Part shown: positions 23,619-39,936 of the stretch, piece after piece
Position numbering within the stretch: the first letter of the stretch is position 1
How the letters are laid out: every line of letters starts with the position of its first letter
From: Escherichia coli
GTDB taxonomy: Bacteria > Pseudomonadota > Gammaproteobacteria > Enterobacterales > Enterobacteriaceae
DNA: 64,000 bases
Assembly (NCBI RefSeq): GCF_045037415.1
Contig: NZ_CP173438.1
Strand: one strand, 5' to 3'
Notes under the pieces: model-generated
What the model saw: only the letters and a program-made list of their open reading frames with translations
What the model was told of the DNA's origin: nothing
Databases searched by the model: none
Position numbers and translations under genes: made by a program

Positions 23619-24296
23619 ATGATGTACCACATTCCCGGCGTGTTATCGCCACAGGACGTCGCCCGTTTTCGCGAACACCTGGAACAAGCCGAATGGGTGG
23701 ATGGACGCGTCACCACCGGCGCACAAGGTGCGCAAGTTAAGAACAATCAACAAGTAGACACCCGCAGCGCCCTGTACGCCGCCCTGCAAAATGAGGTGCT
23801 GAACGCGGTTAACCAACATGCTTTGTTCTTTGCCGCGGCCTTGCCGCGTACCCTTTCCACGCCGCTGTTTAATCGCTATCAGAACAATGAAACCTATGGT
23901 TTTCATGTGGATGGCGCAGTACGCAGCCATCCACAAAACGGCTGGATGCGCACTGACCTTTCTGCCACGCTGTTTTTAAGCGATCCAGAAAGCTACGACG
24001 GCGGCGAACTGGTCGTTAATGACACCTTCGGGCAACATCGGGTAAAACTCCCGGCAGGCGATCTGGTGTTGTATCCCTCCAGCAGCCTGCATTGCGTGAC
24101 ACCCGTAACCCGCGGCGTGCGAGTGGCATCATTTATGTGGATCCAGTCGATGATCCGCGATGATAAAAAGCGCGCCATGCTGTTTGAACTGGACAACAAT
24201 ATTCAGTCGCTGAAAAGCCACTACGGCGAAAGTGAAGAGATCCTGTCGCTGCTCAATCTTTATCATAATCTGCTGCGGGAATGGTCGGAGATCTGA
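23619..24296 (+). CDS. ybiX: PKHD-type Fe(II)/2-oxoglutarate-dependent hydroxylase
   Basis: 225 aa from [10 protein letters not shown]...; HxD...H iron-binding motif (FHVDG...SSSLHCV). Confidence 0.88.
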   Translation: MMYHIPGVLSPQDVARFREHLEQAEWVDGRVTTGAQGAQVKNNQQVDTRSALYAALQNEVLNAVNQHALFFAAALPRTLSTPLFNRYQNNETYGFHVDGAVRSHPQNGWMRTDLSATLFLSDPESYDGGELVVNDTFGQHRVKLPAGDLVLYPSSSLHCVTPVTRGVRVASFMWIQSMIRDDKKRAMLFELDNNIQSLKSHYGESEEILSLLNLYHNLLREWSEI

Positions 24297-24369
24297 CGCT
24301 TGAACTGCCCGAGTTCGTCCCTATATTAGCTACACTTAACTGTACAAGCATTGATATGGGGAGGACGAT

Positions 24370-24636
24370 ATGGCATCCGGTTGGGCTAATGATGACGCCG
24401 TCAACGAACAGATCAACAGTACAATTGAAGATGCGATTGCCCGCGCTCGGGGTGAAATTCCGCGTGGCGAAAGCCTGTATGAATGTGAAGAGTGCGGTGC
24501 CCCTATCCCGCAGGCCCGTCGGGAAGCCATTCCTGGCGTGCGCTTATGCATTCATTGTCAGCAGGAGAAAGATTTACAAAAACCAGCTTATACAGGATAT
24601 AATCGCAGAGGTTCGAAAGACAGCCAGTTACGTTAA
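24370..24636 (+). CDS. ybiI: DksA/TraR-family C4 zinc-finger protein
   Basis: 88 aa; CxxC-N17-CxxC (CEECGAPIP...CIHCQQ). Confidence 0.88.
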   Translation: MASGWANDDAVNEQINSTIEDAIARARGEIPRGESLYECEECGAPIPQARREAIPGVRLCIHCQQEKDLQKPAYTGYNRRGSKDSQLR

Positions 24637-24900
24637 CTACAACTGGCGGGATGTATAGCGAATATAATTTGTATTTTGCGTGGCATTCCGTGCCTTTAAC
24701 GCTACCGTGACTGCCACGCGGTATAAAACAAGTCCATAAGTACAACAAATAAATGGTTTATCAGTATGTTAGATATCAATCAATTTATTTGAACAAGGTG
24801 GTCAATTCTCTTCGATTTTATCTCTCGTAAAAAAACGTGATACTCATCACATCGACGAAACAACGTCACTTATACAAAAATCACCTGCGAGAGATTAATT

Positions 24901-25161
24901 ATGAAAACTATCAATACTGTTGTTGCTGCTATGGCTCTTTCAACTCTGTCATTTGGCGTGTTCGCGGCGGAACCGGTAACGGCATCCCAGGCACAGAACA
25001 TGAATAAAATCGGCGTGGTTTCTGCCGATGGCGCATCCACCCTCGATGCCCTGGAAGCGAAACTGGCTGAGAAAGCCGCGGCGGCCGGTGCCAGTGGATA
25101 CAGCATCACTTCTGCCACCAACAACAATAAATTAAGCGGTACTGCGGTAATTTATAAGTAA
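24901..25161 (+). CDS. ybiJ: DUF1471/YdgH-family periplasmic protein
   Basis: 86 aa; signal peptide; C-terminal GTAVIYK; paralogous to mcbA. Confidence 0.88.
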   Translation: MKTINTVVAAMALSTLSFGVFAAEPVTASQAQNMNKIGVVSADGASTLDALEAKLAEKAAAAGASGYSITSATNNNKLSGTAVIYK

Positions 25162-25271
25162 TTCGTAAGCTGGATCAGGCGTTTACGCTACGTTCAGCAC
25201 AAGTATTTCCCTGTCTGTTTGCCGACAGACGCATATGCTCTAACCCTCATGATCCTATGTTACCCTTGTTT

Positions 25272-25298
25272 GCCCGTCCGCCACTGGACGGGCTTTTT

Positions 25299-25300
<2 letters not shown>
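25272..25300 (+). terminator. rho-independent terminator after ybiJ
   Basis: gcccgtccgccactggacgggc followed by ttttttt. Confidence 0.8.
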
Positions 25301-26384
<1,084 letters not shown>

Positions 26385-26416
26385 GGTTAACTCCTGTTTA
26401 TGTTATGTGTTTGTTG

Positions 26417-27486
<1,070 letters not shown>

Positions 27487-27513
27487 TTACGACTCCTTAC
27501 CTGACTCACATCA

Positions 27514-29664
27514 TTAACGCCGCCGACGGCGTGGGGATTTCGTTTTTTCTTTCTTTTTAACTATACCTTCAGGGACTTCCGGTTGCTCTATCGGAAATAC
27601 CGGTAATGCATCCAGTAGTCGCTTGCCATAATTTTTTGTCAGCAAGCGTTTGTCGTAGATAACCACTTCCCCCCAGCAACCGTGGCTTCGAATCAGTCGC
27701 CCAACCTGCTGAATCAGGTTAAACGAAGCGCTCGGCAGGCTTTGCACCTCAAACGGATAGCGGTTAAGGCTTTTCAGCCATTCACCTTCGGTGATCACCA
27801 CCGGACTGTCGATGGGCGGAAAAGCGATTTTGTGGATATGCACCTGGCTGAGCAGAGCGCCTTTCAGATCAAGACCTTCGGCAAAGGACTGTAAGCCCAC
27901 CAGCACGCTACGCTCACCGTTGGCAACGCGTTTGCGGTGCAGTTCAACTAAGCGATAACGTGGCTGATCGCCCTGCACCAGCAACATCAGGCGTAAATCC
28001 GTCACATAGTCGAGAAAGCGCTGCATCGCACGCCCGCTGGCAAACAGCACCAACATACCGAGATGTTTTTTGCTCTCCACCTGCTCACGGAAAAAGGCCG
28101 CCATTTCAGCAATGTGCTGTTCTTCGTTGTCGATGGAAGGCTCAACGCGCATCCGGGGAATAACAATTTTGCCCTGTTCGCAGTGGTTAAAGGGCGAATC
28201 CAGCGCCACAAAGCGGTCACCCGCTTTCTCTTTCAGCCCACTCATCTCCTGCAAACGCGAAAAACTGTTCAGCGAACGCAAGGTTGCGGAGGTAACAATA
28301 ATGTGCGGAATACTGCGCCACAGCAGCCTTTCCAGTTGGTCGCTAACACGAATACCCACACAGTGAAACCACAGATGTAGCTGCCCTTCGCGCTCTTCCC
28401 GCGTCGCCCATTTGGTCACCGGCGCACCGGAAGATTGCGCCAGAGACGCCAGCCGCCAGAGTTTGCTTTGCGCCTCGAACATCCCCAACGCGCGGTTCAT
28501 CTGCAAAATCAACCGATGCAGGCGTACAATGTCATGGCTGCCGGTTTTCTCACTTAAATCGTTAAGAAATAACTCCGCCAGACCACGCAGCATCTCGGTG
28601 AGTTTTGCCAGCCGCTGGCAGATCTCCAGCACTTCATCAGGCAGTTCGCCCATCGCAAAACGGTGCTCTGCCTCCTGCCCGGCAGGCATGTAGAGATTGA
28701 GAATGTTGTTTAACGAGGCGATAAGCTCATACAGCTCTTCACAATGCGCATTCAAACGTTCAGGGATCGCCAGCGGTGGGATGGTCTTCGGGCGAAACTG
28801 CTCCATGCAGGTGGCGACCAGTTTGGTGAACAGGTCCAGTTGGAGCCGGTACCAGGGCGCAGTGATTTCGGCGCTCATCTCCAGCGCATCCCGCGCCACA
28901 TCCGGCAGGTGATGACCTTCGTCCAGCACCAGCAGTAAATTTTTCGGGTCAGGCAATACCGCTTCGCTTTCCATTGCCGCCATCACCAGCGCATGGTTTG
29001 CCACCACCACTTCCGCTTCCTGAATTTCCCGACGAGCGACAAAAAACGGGCATTCGCGATAGTAGTAACAGTTGCGGTTGAGGCAGCTGGCTTTGTCGGT
29101 ACTCAAACGACGCCAGAGATCATCATCTATAGCGATATCAGTATGATCGCGCAGGCCATCCCATTTATAAGTGTCGAGATCGCCCTTCAGCTTCGCACAA
29201 CGTTTTTGCTCTTCCTGATTGTTCGGCGTCAGTTCGTCGTCAAGAAACGCCAGCAGATCCTGTTGCGTGGGCTCAGTGCTGGCGAGCGCTGTCAGATTAC
29301 GCGGGCAAACGTAGCGCCCACGCCCAAAAGCGGCAGTGAATTTAAGATCGGGAATGATCTTTTTCAGCAGCGGTAAATCTTTGCTGTAGATCTGATCCTG
29401 CAATGCCACGTTGGCGGTACTTACCACCAGCGTTTTTTGCTCTTCGCGGGCAATGGCGATGCCGGGGATCAAATAGGAGAGCGTTTTCCCAACGCCGGTA
29501 GGAGCTTCAATCGCCAGATGCCGCCCTTCTTCTCCGGCCAGCGTTTTGGCGACGTCCGCAATCATCTGCCGCTGCGGCGCACGGGGAATAAAGTCGGGGA
29601 TCTGTTCCTGAAGCGCCTTATACCAGGCGGCAATTTGCGCTTTAAGCGCGGCGGTTAATGCCAT
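27514..29664 (-). CDS. dinG: ATP-dependent DNA helicase DinG (SF2, Fe-S)
   Basis: 716 aa; Walker A APTGVGKT; DEAH-like box VLDEGHH; conserved Cys residues. Confidence 0.95.
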   Translation of the reverse strand: MALTAALKAQIAAWYKALQEQIPDFIPRAPQRQMIADVAKTLAGEEGRHLAIEAPTGVGKTLSYLIPGIAIAREEQKTLVVSTANVALQDQIYSKDLPLLKKIIPDLKFTAAFGRGRYVCPRNLTALASTEPTQQDLLAFLDDELTPNNQEEQKRCAKLKGDLDTYKWDGLRDHTDIAIDDDLWRRLSTDKASCLNRNCYYYRECPFFVARREIQEAEVVVANHALVMAAMESEAVLPDPKNLLLVLDEGHHLPDVARDALEMSAEITAPWYRLQLDLFTKLVATCMEQFRPKTIPPLAIPERLNAHCEELYELIASLNNILNLYMPAGQEAEHRFAMGELPDEVLEICQRLAKLTEMLRGLAELFLNDLSEKTGSHDIVRLHRLILQMNRALGMFEAQSKLWRLASLAQSSGAPVTKWATREEREGQLHLWFHCVGIRVSDQLERLLWRSIPHIIVTSATLRSLNSFSRLQEMSGLKEKAGDRFVALDSPFNHCEQGKIVIPRMRVEPSIDNEEQHIAEMAAFFREQVESKKHLGMLVLFASGRAMQRFLDYVTDLRLMLLVQGDQPRYRLVELHRKRVANGERSVLVGLQSFAEGLDLKGALLSQVHIHKIAFPPIDSPVVITEGEWLKSLNRYPFEVQSLPSASFNLIQQVGRLIRSHGCWGEVVIYDKRLLTKNYGKRLLDALPVFPIEQPEVPEGIVKKKEKTKSPRRRRR

Positions 29665-29678
29665 GAGAAAACCTGAAA

Positions 29679-29698
29679 TACTGTATAAACAGCCAATA
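29679..29698. promoter_or_regulatory. LexA (SOS) box of dinG
   Basis: tactgtataaacagccaata is the reverse complement of the recalled non-canonical dinG SOS box TATTGGCTGTTTATACAGTA; about 15 nt upstream of the dinG ATG. Confidence 0.8.
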
Positions 29699-29770
29699 TT
29701 GTGGCATTTTTCGGTTTTCAGGGGTAATGGTTTTTCTGTTTCTGGAAAGCGGCTCGCAATAACCAGCAGG

Positions 29771-29968
29771 ATGATGCGTAAAGCGCTTCGCGCTAAATTC
29801 GAACAACATGCAGAACTGCGTACACTCTTGCTGGCAACCGCGTCCGCAAAACTGGTTGAGCATACGCAAAATGATGCTTACTGGGGAGATGGCGGTAATG
29901 GTCAGGGCAAGAATCGCCTGGGGTACCTTTTAATGGCGTTGCGCGGACAATTGGCTGCGGAGAAGTAA
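29771..29968 (+). pseudogene. ybiA: C-terminal remnant of N-glycosidase YbiA (DUF1768)
   Basis: only the last ~65 codons (MRKALRAKFEQHAELR...WGDGG...NRLGYLL...) show YbiA/DUF1768 similarity; the upstream part of ORF 29663-29968 reads through the dinG promoter and LexA box, leaving no room for the ~95-aa N-terminal domain. Confidence 0.5.
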
Positions 29969-30050
29969 CGCATCGGGTGGCTTGTGGGCGTTAAAACAGA
30001 GAAATCTTTTTGCCGCGCTCGCAAATGGCTGACAAGTGCTTGTTGTGAAA

Positions 30051-30194
30051 TGCCGGATGCGGCGCGAGCGCCTTATCCGGCCTACAAAAACATGCACATT
30101 CAATATATTGCAGAGTTCACGTAGGCCTGATAAGCGTAGCGTATCAGGCAGTTTTGTGTTTGTCATCAGTCTCATGCCGGGCATAGCCCGGCAT
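30051..30194. repeat. REP/BIME-type composite extragenic palindrome (copy B)
   Basis: tgccggatgcggcgcgagcgccttatccggcctac ... aggcctgataagcgtagcgtatcaggca ... tgccgggcatagcccggca; same core as copy A. Confidence 0.75.
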
Positions 30195-30200
30195 AAAAGA

Positions 30201-31562
30201 TTACTGCGCAGCGGCAGGTTTACGCGGACGGCGGCGACGTTGTTGTTCGCCTGCCGGTTTGGCATCGCCGAGACGACGAGACGGTTTTTCTGCGGGCTTC
30301 GCGTTACCAGACTTCGCACCACTTTCCGCACGGCGTGGTTGCTGTTGACCGCGACCACCGCCCTGTCCACGACCGCCGCCACGTTGCTGGCGACCGTTTT
30401 GGATCGGTTCGGCTTTGATTGACGGGTCCGGCTCATAGCCCAGAATCGCAATGCGCGGGATCTCTTTTTTCAGCAGTTTTTCGATATCACGCAGCAGTTT
30501 GTGTTCATCAACACACACCAGCGACAATGCTTCGCCAGTTGCCGCCGCACGGCCAGTACGCCCGATACGGTGAACATAATCTTCCGGTACGTTTGGTAAC
30601 TCATAGTTGACGACGTGCGGCAACTCTTCGATATCCAGACCACGCGCAGCGATGTCAGTTGCCACCAGTACACGAATATCGCCCGATTTAAAATCGGCCA
30701 GCGCACGAGTACGCGCACCTTGCGATTTATTACCGTGGATCGCCGCACTACGGATGCCATCTTTATTAAGCTGTTCAGCCAGATGGTTAGCGCCATGTTT
30801 GGTACGGGTAAACACCAGCACCTGCTGCCAGTTCCCTTTCCCAATCATATGCGACAGCAATTCGCGTTTGCGTTTCTTATCGACAAAGTGAACGTGCTGG
30901 GTCACCTGATCAGACGCAGTATTGCGGCGTGCCACTTCGATTTCCAGCGGGTTGTGCAACAGTTTTTCCGCCAGGGCTTTAATATCGTCAGAGAAGGTCG
31001 CGGAGAACAACAGGTTCTGGCGCTTCGCTGGCAGTTTTGTTAACACGCGACGGATATCGTGGATAAAGCCCATGTCGAGCATGCGGTCAGCTTCATCAAG
31101 GACGAGGATTTCAACCTGATCCAGCTTCACTGCATTTTGATGTTCCAGGTCCAGCAGACGTCCCGGCGTTGCCACCAGCACATCAACGCCGCCGCGCAGC
31201 TTCATCATCTGCGGGTTAATGCTGACACCGCCAAACACCACCAGCGAACGAATGTTCAGGTATTTGCTGTAATCACGGACGTTTTCGCCAATCTGCGCCG
31301 CCAGTTCACGGGTCGGGGTAAGAATGAGCGCACGCACCGGACGACGCCCTTTGGCGTGCGGCTGGCGAGTGATCAGGTGTTGCAACAGCGGCAGCGTAAA
31401 GCCCGCTGTTTTACCTGTACCGGTCTGGGCGCTGGCCATCAGGTCGCGGCCTTCCAGCACCGCAGGGATCGCCTGCTGCTGAATAGGGGTGGGTTCACGG
31501 TAACCCTGCTCGGCAACGGCGCGCAGGATATCAGGGCTTAAACCCAAAGAATCGAAAGACAT
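30201..31562 (-). CDS. rhlE: ATP-dependent DEAD-box RNA helicase
   Basis: 453 aa; Q motif, Walker [13 protein letters not shown] box ([10 protein letters not shown]), SAT; Arg/Gly-rich C-terminal tail. Confidence 0.95.
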   Translation of the reverse strand: MSFDSLGLSPDILRAVAEQGYREPTPIQQQAIPAVLEGRDLMASAQTGTGKTAGFTLPLLQHLITRQPHAKGRRPVRALILTPTRELAAQIGENVRDYSKYLNIRSLVVFGGVSINPQMMKLRGGVDVLVATPGRLLDLEHQNAVKLDQVEILVLDEADRMLDMGFIHDIRRVLTKLPAKRQNLLFSATFSDDIKALAEKLLHNPLEIEVARRNTASDQVTQHVHFVDKKRKRELLSHMIGKGNWQQVLVFTRTKHGANHLAEQLNKDGIRSAAIHGNKSQGARTRALADFKSGDIRVLVATDIAARGLDIEELPHVVNYELPNVPEDYVHRIGRTGRAAATGEALSLVCVDEHKLLRDIEKLLKKEIPRIAILGYEPDPSIKAEPIQNGRQQRGGGRGQGGGRGQQQPRRAESGAKSGNAKPAEKPSRRLGDAKPAGEQQRRRRPRKPAAAQ

Positions 31563-31790
31563 AACTACTCCGAACCGCCCCGACCGTTACCGGTGTAGTT
31601 TTCAGGGAGATACTGAAAAGGAAAATGACAAAAACCACAATGTCATGAGGGAGCGGAGTGTAGCAGTTTTTGTGACGCAGCGCATAAATTATCCCTGTGA
31701 CTGGCGTAGCTAAAATTCTTAGCCATACTGGACAACTCCCCTATGGAGTCATAATCTTAATCAATCATTTGATTAAGAATGGACTGTGCG

Positions 31791-35181
<3,391 letters not shown>

Positions 35182-35189
<8 letters not shown>

Positions 35190-36315
35190 TCCGATCCTGT
35201 CCTGGCGTCGCGTGCGGGCGCTGTGCGTCAAAGAGACGCGGCAGATCGTTCGCGATCCGAGTAGCTGGCTGATTGCAGTAGTGATCCCACTGCTACTGCT
35301 GTTTATTTTTGGATACGGCATTAACCTCGACTCCAGCAAGCTGCGCGTCGGGATTTTACTGGAACAACGTAGCGAAGCGGCGCTGGATTTCACCCACACC
35401 ATGACCGGTTCGCCCTACATCGACGCCACCATCAGCGATAACCGTCAGGAACTGATCGCCAAAATGCAGGCGGGGAAAATTCGCGGTCTGGTGGTTATTC
35501 CGGTGGATTTCGCCGAACAGATGGAGCGCGCCAACGCCATCGCACCGATTCAGGTGATTACCGACGGCAGTGAGCCGAATACCGCTAACTTTGTGCAGGG
35601 GTATGTCGAAGGGATCTGGCAGATCTGGCAAATGCAGCGAGCGGAGGATAACGGGCAGACTTTTGAACCGCTTATTGATGTACAAACCCGCTACTGGTTT
35701 AACCCGGCGGCGATAAGCCAGCACTTTATTATCCCCGGTGCGGTGACTATTATCATGACGGTCATCGGTGCGATTCTCACCTCGCTGGTGGTGGCGCGAG
35801 AATGGGAACGCGGCACCATGGAGGCTTTGCTCTCTACGGAGATTACCCGCACGGAGCTGCTGCTGTGTAAGCTGATCCCTTATTACTTTCTCGGGATGCT
35901 GGCGATGTTGCTGTGTATGCTGGTGTCGGTGTTTATTCTCGGCGTGCCGTATCGCGGGTCGCTGCTGATTCTGTTTTTTATCTCCAGCCTGTTTTTACTC
36001 AGTACCCTGGGGATGGGGCTGCTGATTTCCACGATTACCCGCAACCAGTTCAACGCCGCTCAGGTGGCCCTGAACGCGGCTTTTCTGCCGTCGATTATGC
36101 TTTCCGGCTTTATATTTCAGATAGACAGTATGCCCGCGGTGATCCGCGCGGTGACGTACATTATTCCCGCACGTTATTTCGTCAGCACTCTGCAAAGCCT
36201 GTTCCTCGCCGGGAATATTCCAGTGGTGCTGATAGTGAACGTGCTGTTTTTGATCGCTTCGGCGGTGATGTTTATCGGCCTGACGTGGCTGAAAACCAAA
36301 CGTCGGCTGGATTAG
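35182..36315 (+). CDS. ybhS: ABC-2 type permease
   Basis: 377 aa; multi-pass; start overlaps the ybhF stop. Confidence 0.9.
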
Positions 36316-36325
36316 GGAGAAGAGC

Positions 36326-37432
36326 ATGTTTCATCGCTTATGGACGTTAATCCGCAAAGAGTTGCAGTCGCTGCTGCGCGAACCGCAAACCCGCGCAATT
36401 CTGATTTTACCCGTGCTGATTCAGGTGATCCTGTTCCCGTTCGCCGCCACGCTGGAAGTGACCAACGCCACCATCGCCATCTACGATGAAGATAACGGCG
36501 AGCACTCAGTAGAACTTACTCAACGTTTTGCCCGCGCCAGCGCCTTTACCCATGTGCTGCTGCTGAAAAGCCCGCAGGAGATCCGCCCGACCATCGACAC
36601 ACAAAAGGCGTTACTACTGGTGCGTTTCCCGGCTGACTTCTCGCGCAAACTGGATACCTTCCAGACCGCGCCGTTGCAGTTGATCCTCGACGGGCGTAAC
36701 TCCAACAGTGCGCAAATTGCCGCCAACTACCTGCAACAGATCGTCAAAAATTATCAGCAGGAGCTGCTGGAAGGAAAACCGAAACCCAACAACAGCGAGC
36801 TGGTGGTACGCAACTGGTATAACCCGAATCTCGACTACAAATGGTTTGTGGTGCCGTCGCTGATCGCCATGATCACCACTATCGGCGTAATGATCGTCAC
36901 TTCACTTTCCGTCGCCCGCGAACGTGAACAAGGTACGCTCGATCAGTTGCTGGTTTCGCCCCTCACCACCTGGCAGATATTCATCGGCAAAGCCGTACCG
37001 GCATTAATTGTCGCCACCTTCCAGGCCACCATTGTGCTGGCGATTGGTATCTGGGCGTATCAAATCCCCTTCGCCGGATCGCTGGCGCTGTTCTACTTTA
37101 CGATGGTGATTTACGGTTTATCGCTGGTGGGATTCGGTCTGTTGATTTCATCACTCTGTTCAACACAACAGCAGGCGTTTATCGGCGTGTTTGTCTTTAT
37201 GATGCCCGCCATTCTCCTTTCCGGTTACGTTTCGCCGGTGGAAAACATGCCAGTGTGGCTGCAAAATCTGACGTGGATTAACCCTATTCGCCACTTTACG
37301 GACATTACCAAGCAGATTTATTTGAAGGATGCAAGTCTGGATATTGTGTGGAATAGTTTGTGGCCGCTACTGGTGATAACGGCCACGACAGGGTCAGCGG
37401 CGTACGCGATGTTTAGACGTAAGGTGATGTAA
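36326..37432 (+). CDS. ybhR: ABC-2 type permease
   Basis: 368 aa; paralogous to ybhS. Confidence 0.9.
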
Positions 37433-37804
37433 CTTCTTATCTTTCGCCAGCAAAGACACCACCGCCGGGCCGGCAAGGATTGCCAGCCCTGCAATTGCCA
37501 GCAAAAAGTTGTTTTCCAGTACGCGGGACAACAGCCACAGCACAATCAGCGCTGCACCAAAATACCAGGTCGTGGTCAGCTCTTCCAGCACGTCTGCCAC
37601 CTCACGCCAGCGTTGCTCTGGGTGGCGCTGAAACACCAGCATCATCACTACCGTGACACAATACAGTGCGCATAATCCTACGCCGACGTGAACCAGAGTT
37701 TTACTCATCCAACCCACCACCAGCAGCGCCACTACCAGTAAATGCAACATAATCTGCCAGCAACTTAGGCCAGTTGCGACACGAACACGTTGTTGCCACT
37801 TCAT
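37394..37804 (-). CDS. ybhQ: inner membrane protein (4 predicted TM helices)
   Basis: 136 aa hydrophobic protein; 3' end overlaps the ybhR 3' end by 39 bp (convergent). Confidence 0.85.
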
Positions 37805-37936
37805 GGCTTCTCTCCTGAAGAATTTATCTCTACTTATTCAGAGTACCGAACTTTACGGAAAATTCCGTAAGACCGCACCTTTTTGTGACGCCGACTACAC
37901 TATTTCAATGAGATAAGAGGCAAAGACAGGAAAATT

Positions 37937-38698
37937 ATGCCCGATCAAACACAACAATTTTCGTTCAAGGTGCTCACCATCAATATTCACAAAGGCTTTA
38001 CCGCGTTTAACCGACGCTTCATTTTACCGGAACTTCGCGACGCCGTGCGTACCGTCAGCGCCGATATTGTTTGCCTGCAGGAAGTGATGGGCGCGCACGA
38101 AGTTCATCCGCTGCATGTGGAAAACTGGCCCGATACCTCGCACTACGAGTTTCTCGCCGACACCATGTGGAGCGATTTCGCCTACGGTCGCAATGCCGTA
38201 TACCCGGAAGGACATCACGGTAACGCCGTTCTTTCACGTTATCCCATTGAACATTATGAGAATCGTGATGTTTCGGTCGATGGTGCGGAAAAGCGCGGCG
38301 TGCTCTACTGCCGCATTGTGCCGCCGATGACCGGGAAAGCGATTCATGTGATGTGCGTACATCTGGGCCTACGTGAGGCGCACCGTCAGGCGCAGCTTGC
38401 GATGCTCGCCGAATGGGTGAATGAGCTACCGGACGGCGAATCGGTATTGGTAGCGGGTGATTTCAACGACTGGCGGCAAAAAGCTAATCATCCGTTAAAA
38501 GTGCTGGCCGGGCTGGATGAGATTTTTACCCGCGCCCACGGACGTCCGGCGCGCACGTTTCCGGTGCAATTTCCTCTACTACGACTGGACAGGATCTACG
38601 TCAAAAATGCCAGCGCCAGCGCGCCAACCGCGTTGCCGCTGCGGACATGGCGACACCTTTCTGATCATGCCCCTTTAAGTGCGGAGATTCATTTATGA
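37937..38698 (+). CDS. ybhP: endonuclease/exonuclease/phosphatase-family protein
   Basis: 253 aa; EEP-family motifs (CLQEV..., GDFNDW, SDHAPL). Confidence 0.9.
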   Translation: MPDQTQQFSFKVLTINIHKGFTAFNRRFILPELRDAVRTVSADIVCLQEVMGAHEVHPLHVENWPDTSHYEFLADTMWSDFAYGRNAVYPEGHHGNAVLSRYPIEHYENRDVSVDGAEKRGVLYCRIVPPMTGKAIHVMCVHLGLREAHRQAQLAMLAEWVNELPDGESVLVAGDFNDWRQKANHPLKVLAGLDEIFTRAHGRPARTFPVQFPLLRLDRIYVKNASASAPTALPLRTWRHLSDHAPLSAEIHL

Positions 38699-39936
38699 AA
38701 TGTAGCTGGCGCGAAGGCAATATGATCCAGTTGCTGGAAAACGGCGAGCAATATTATCCCGCGGTGTTTAAGGCGATTGGCGAGGCGCAAGAACGCATCA
38801 TTCTTGAAACGTTTATCTGGTTTGAGGATGACGTCGGCAAACAGCTGCATGCGGCGCTATTGGCAGCAGCGCAACGCGGGGTAAAAGCGGAAGTCTTGCT
38901 GGATGGCTACGGTTCGCCGGATCTCAGCGATGAATTTGTCAATGAACTGACGGCAGCTGGCGTGGTGTTCCGCTACTACGATCCCCGCCCTCGCCTTTTT
39001 GGTATGCGCACCAATGTGTTTCGCCGGATGCATCGCAAAATTGTGGTGATCGACGCGCGTATCGCCTTTATTGGCGGGCTGAATTACTCCGCCGAGCATA
39101 TGTCCAGCTACGGCCCGGAGGCCAAACAGGATTACGCGGTACGCCTCGAAGGGCCGATTGTCGAAGATATTCTCCAGTTTGAGCTGGAAAACCTGCCAGG
39201 ACAAAGCACGGCGCGACGCTGGTGGCGACGCCATCATAAAGCGGAAGAGAACCGCCAGCCGGGAGAAGCGCAGGTATTGCTGGTCTGGCGCGATAACGAA
39301 GAACATCGCGATGATATCGAACGTCACTATCTGAAAATGCTCACTCAGGCGCGGCGGGAAGTGATTATCGCCAACGCCTACTTCTTCCCCGGCTATCGTT
39401 TTTTACACGCCTTGCGTAAAGCGGCACGACGCGGGGTGCGGATCAAACTGATCATTCAGGGCGAACCGGATATGCCGATTGTCAGAGTCGGCGCGCGTTT
39501 GCTGTATAACTATCTGGTTAAAGGTGGCGTTCAGGTGTTTGAGTACCGCCGCCGCCCGCTCCACGGCAAAGTGGCATTGATGGACGATCACTGGGCGACA
39601 GTAGGGTCCAGTAATCTCGATCCGCTCAGTTTGTCACTGAATCTCGAAGCAAATGTCATCATCCACGATCGTAATTTTAACCAGACGCTGCGCGATAATC
39701 TGAACGGCATTATCGCCGCAGATTGTCAGCAGGTCGATGAGACCATGCTGCCGAAACGCACCTGGTGGAACCTGACTAAAAGCGTGCTGGCGTTCCACTT
39801 TCTACGCCACTTCCCGGCGCTGGTGGGCTGGCTTCCGGCGCACACGCCACGTCTGGCGCAGGTTGATCCCCCCGCACAACCGACAATGGAAACGCAGGAT
39901 CGGGTAGAAACTGAAAACACGGGGGTAAAACCCTGA
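38695..39936 (+). CDS. clsB: cardiolipin synthase B (phospholipase D family)
   Basis: 413 aa; two HxK(x4)D motifs ([17 protein letters not shown]); start overlaps the ybhP stop. Confidence 0.92.
   Translation: MKCSWREGNMIQLLENGEQYYPAVFKAIGEAQERIILETFIWFEDDVGKQLHAALLAAAQRGVKAEVLLDGYGSPDLSDEFVNELTAAGVVFRYYDPRPRLFGMRTNVFRRMHRKIVVIDARIAFIGGLNYSAEHMSSYGPEAKQDYAVRLEGPIVEDILQFELENLPGQSTARRWWRRHHKAEENRQPGEAQVLLVWRDNEEHRDDIERHYLKMLTQARREVIIANAYFFPGYRFLHALRKAARRGVRIKLIIQGEPDMPIVRVGARLLYNYLVKGGVQVFEYRRRPLHGKVALMDDHWATVGSSNLDPLSLSLNLEANVIIHDRNFNQTLRDNLNGIIAADCQQVDETMLPKRTWWNLTKSVLAFHFLRHFPALVGWLPAHTPRLAQVDPPAQPTMETQDRVETENTGVKP

Noticed and set aside
29663-29770. N-terminal part of ORF 29663..29968 (MRKPEILYKQPILWHF...)
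   Set aside because: It overlaps the dinG start codon and reads through the dinG LexA box and promoter. It has no DUF1768 similarity, so it is a read-through frame and not real coding sequence.
29930-30451. 173-aa minus-strand ORF spanning the REP element and the rhlE 3' end
   Set aside because: It runs through the REP/BIME repeat and the Arg-rich rhlE tail in another frame; the Arg/Ala-rich product is a repeat-driven artefact.
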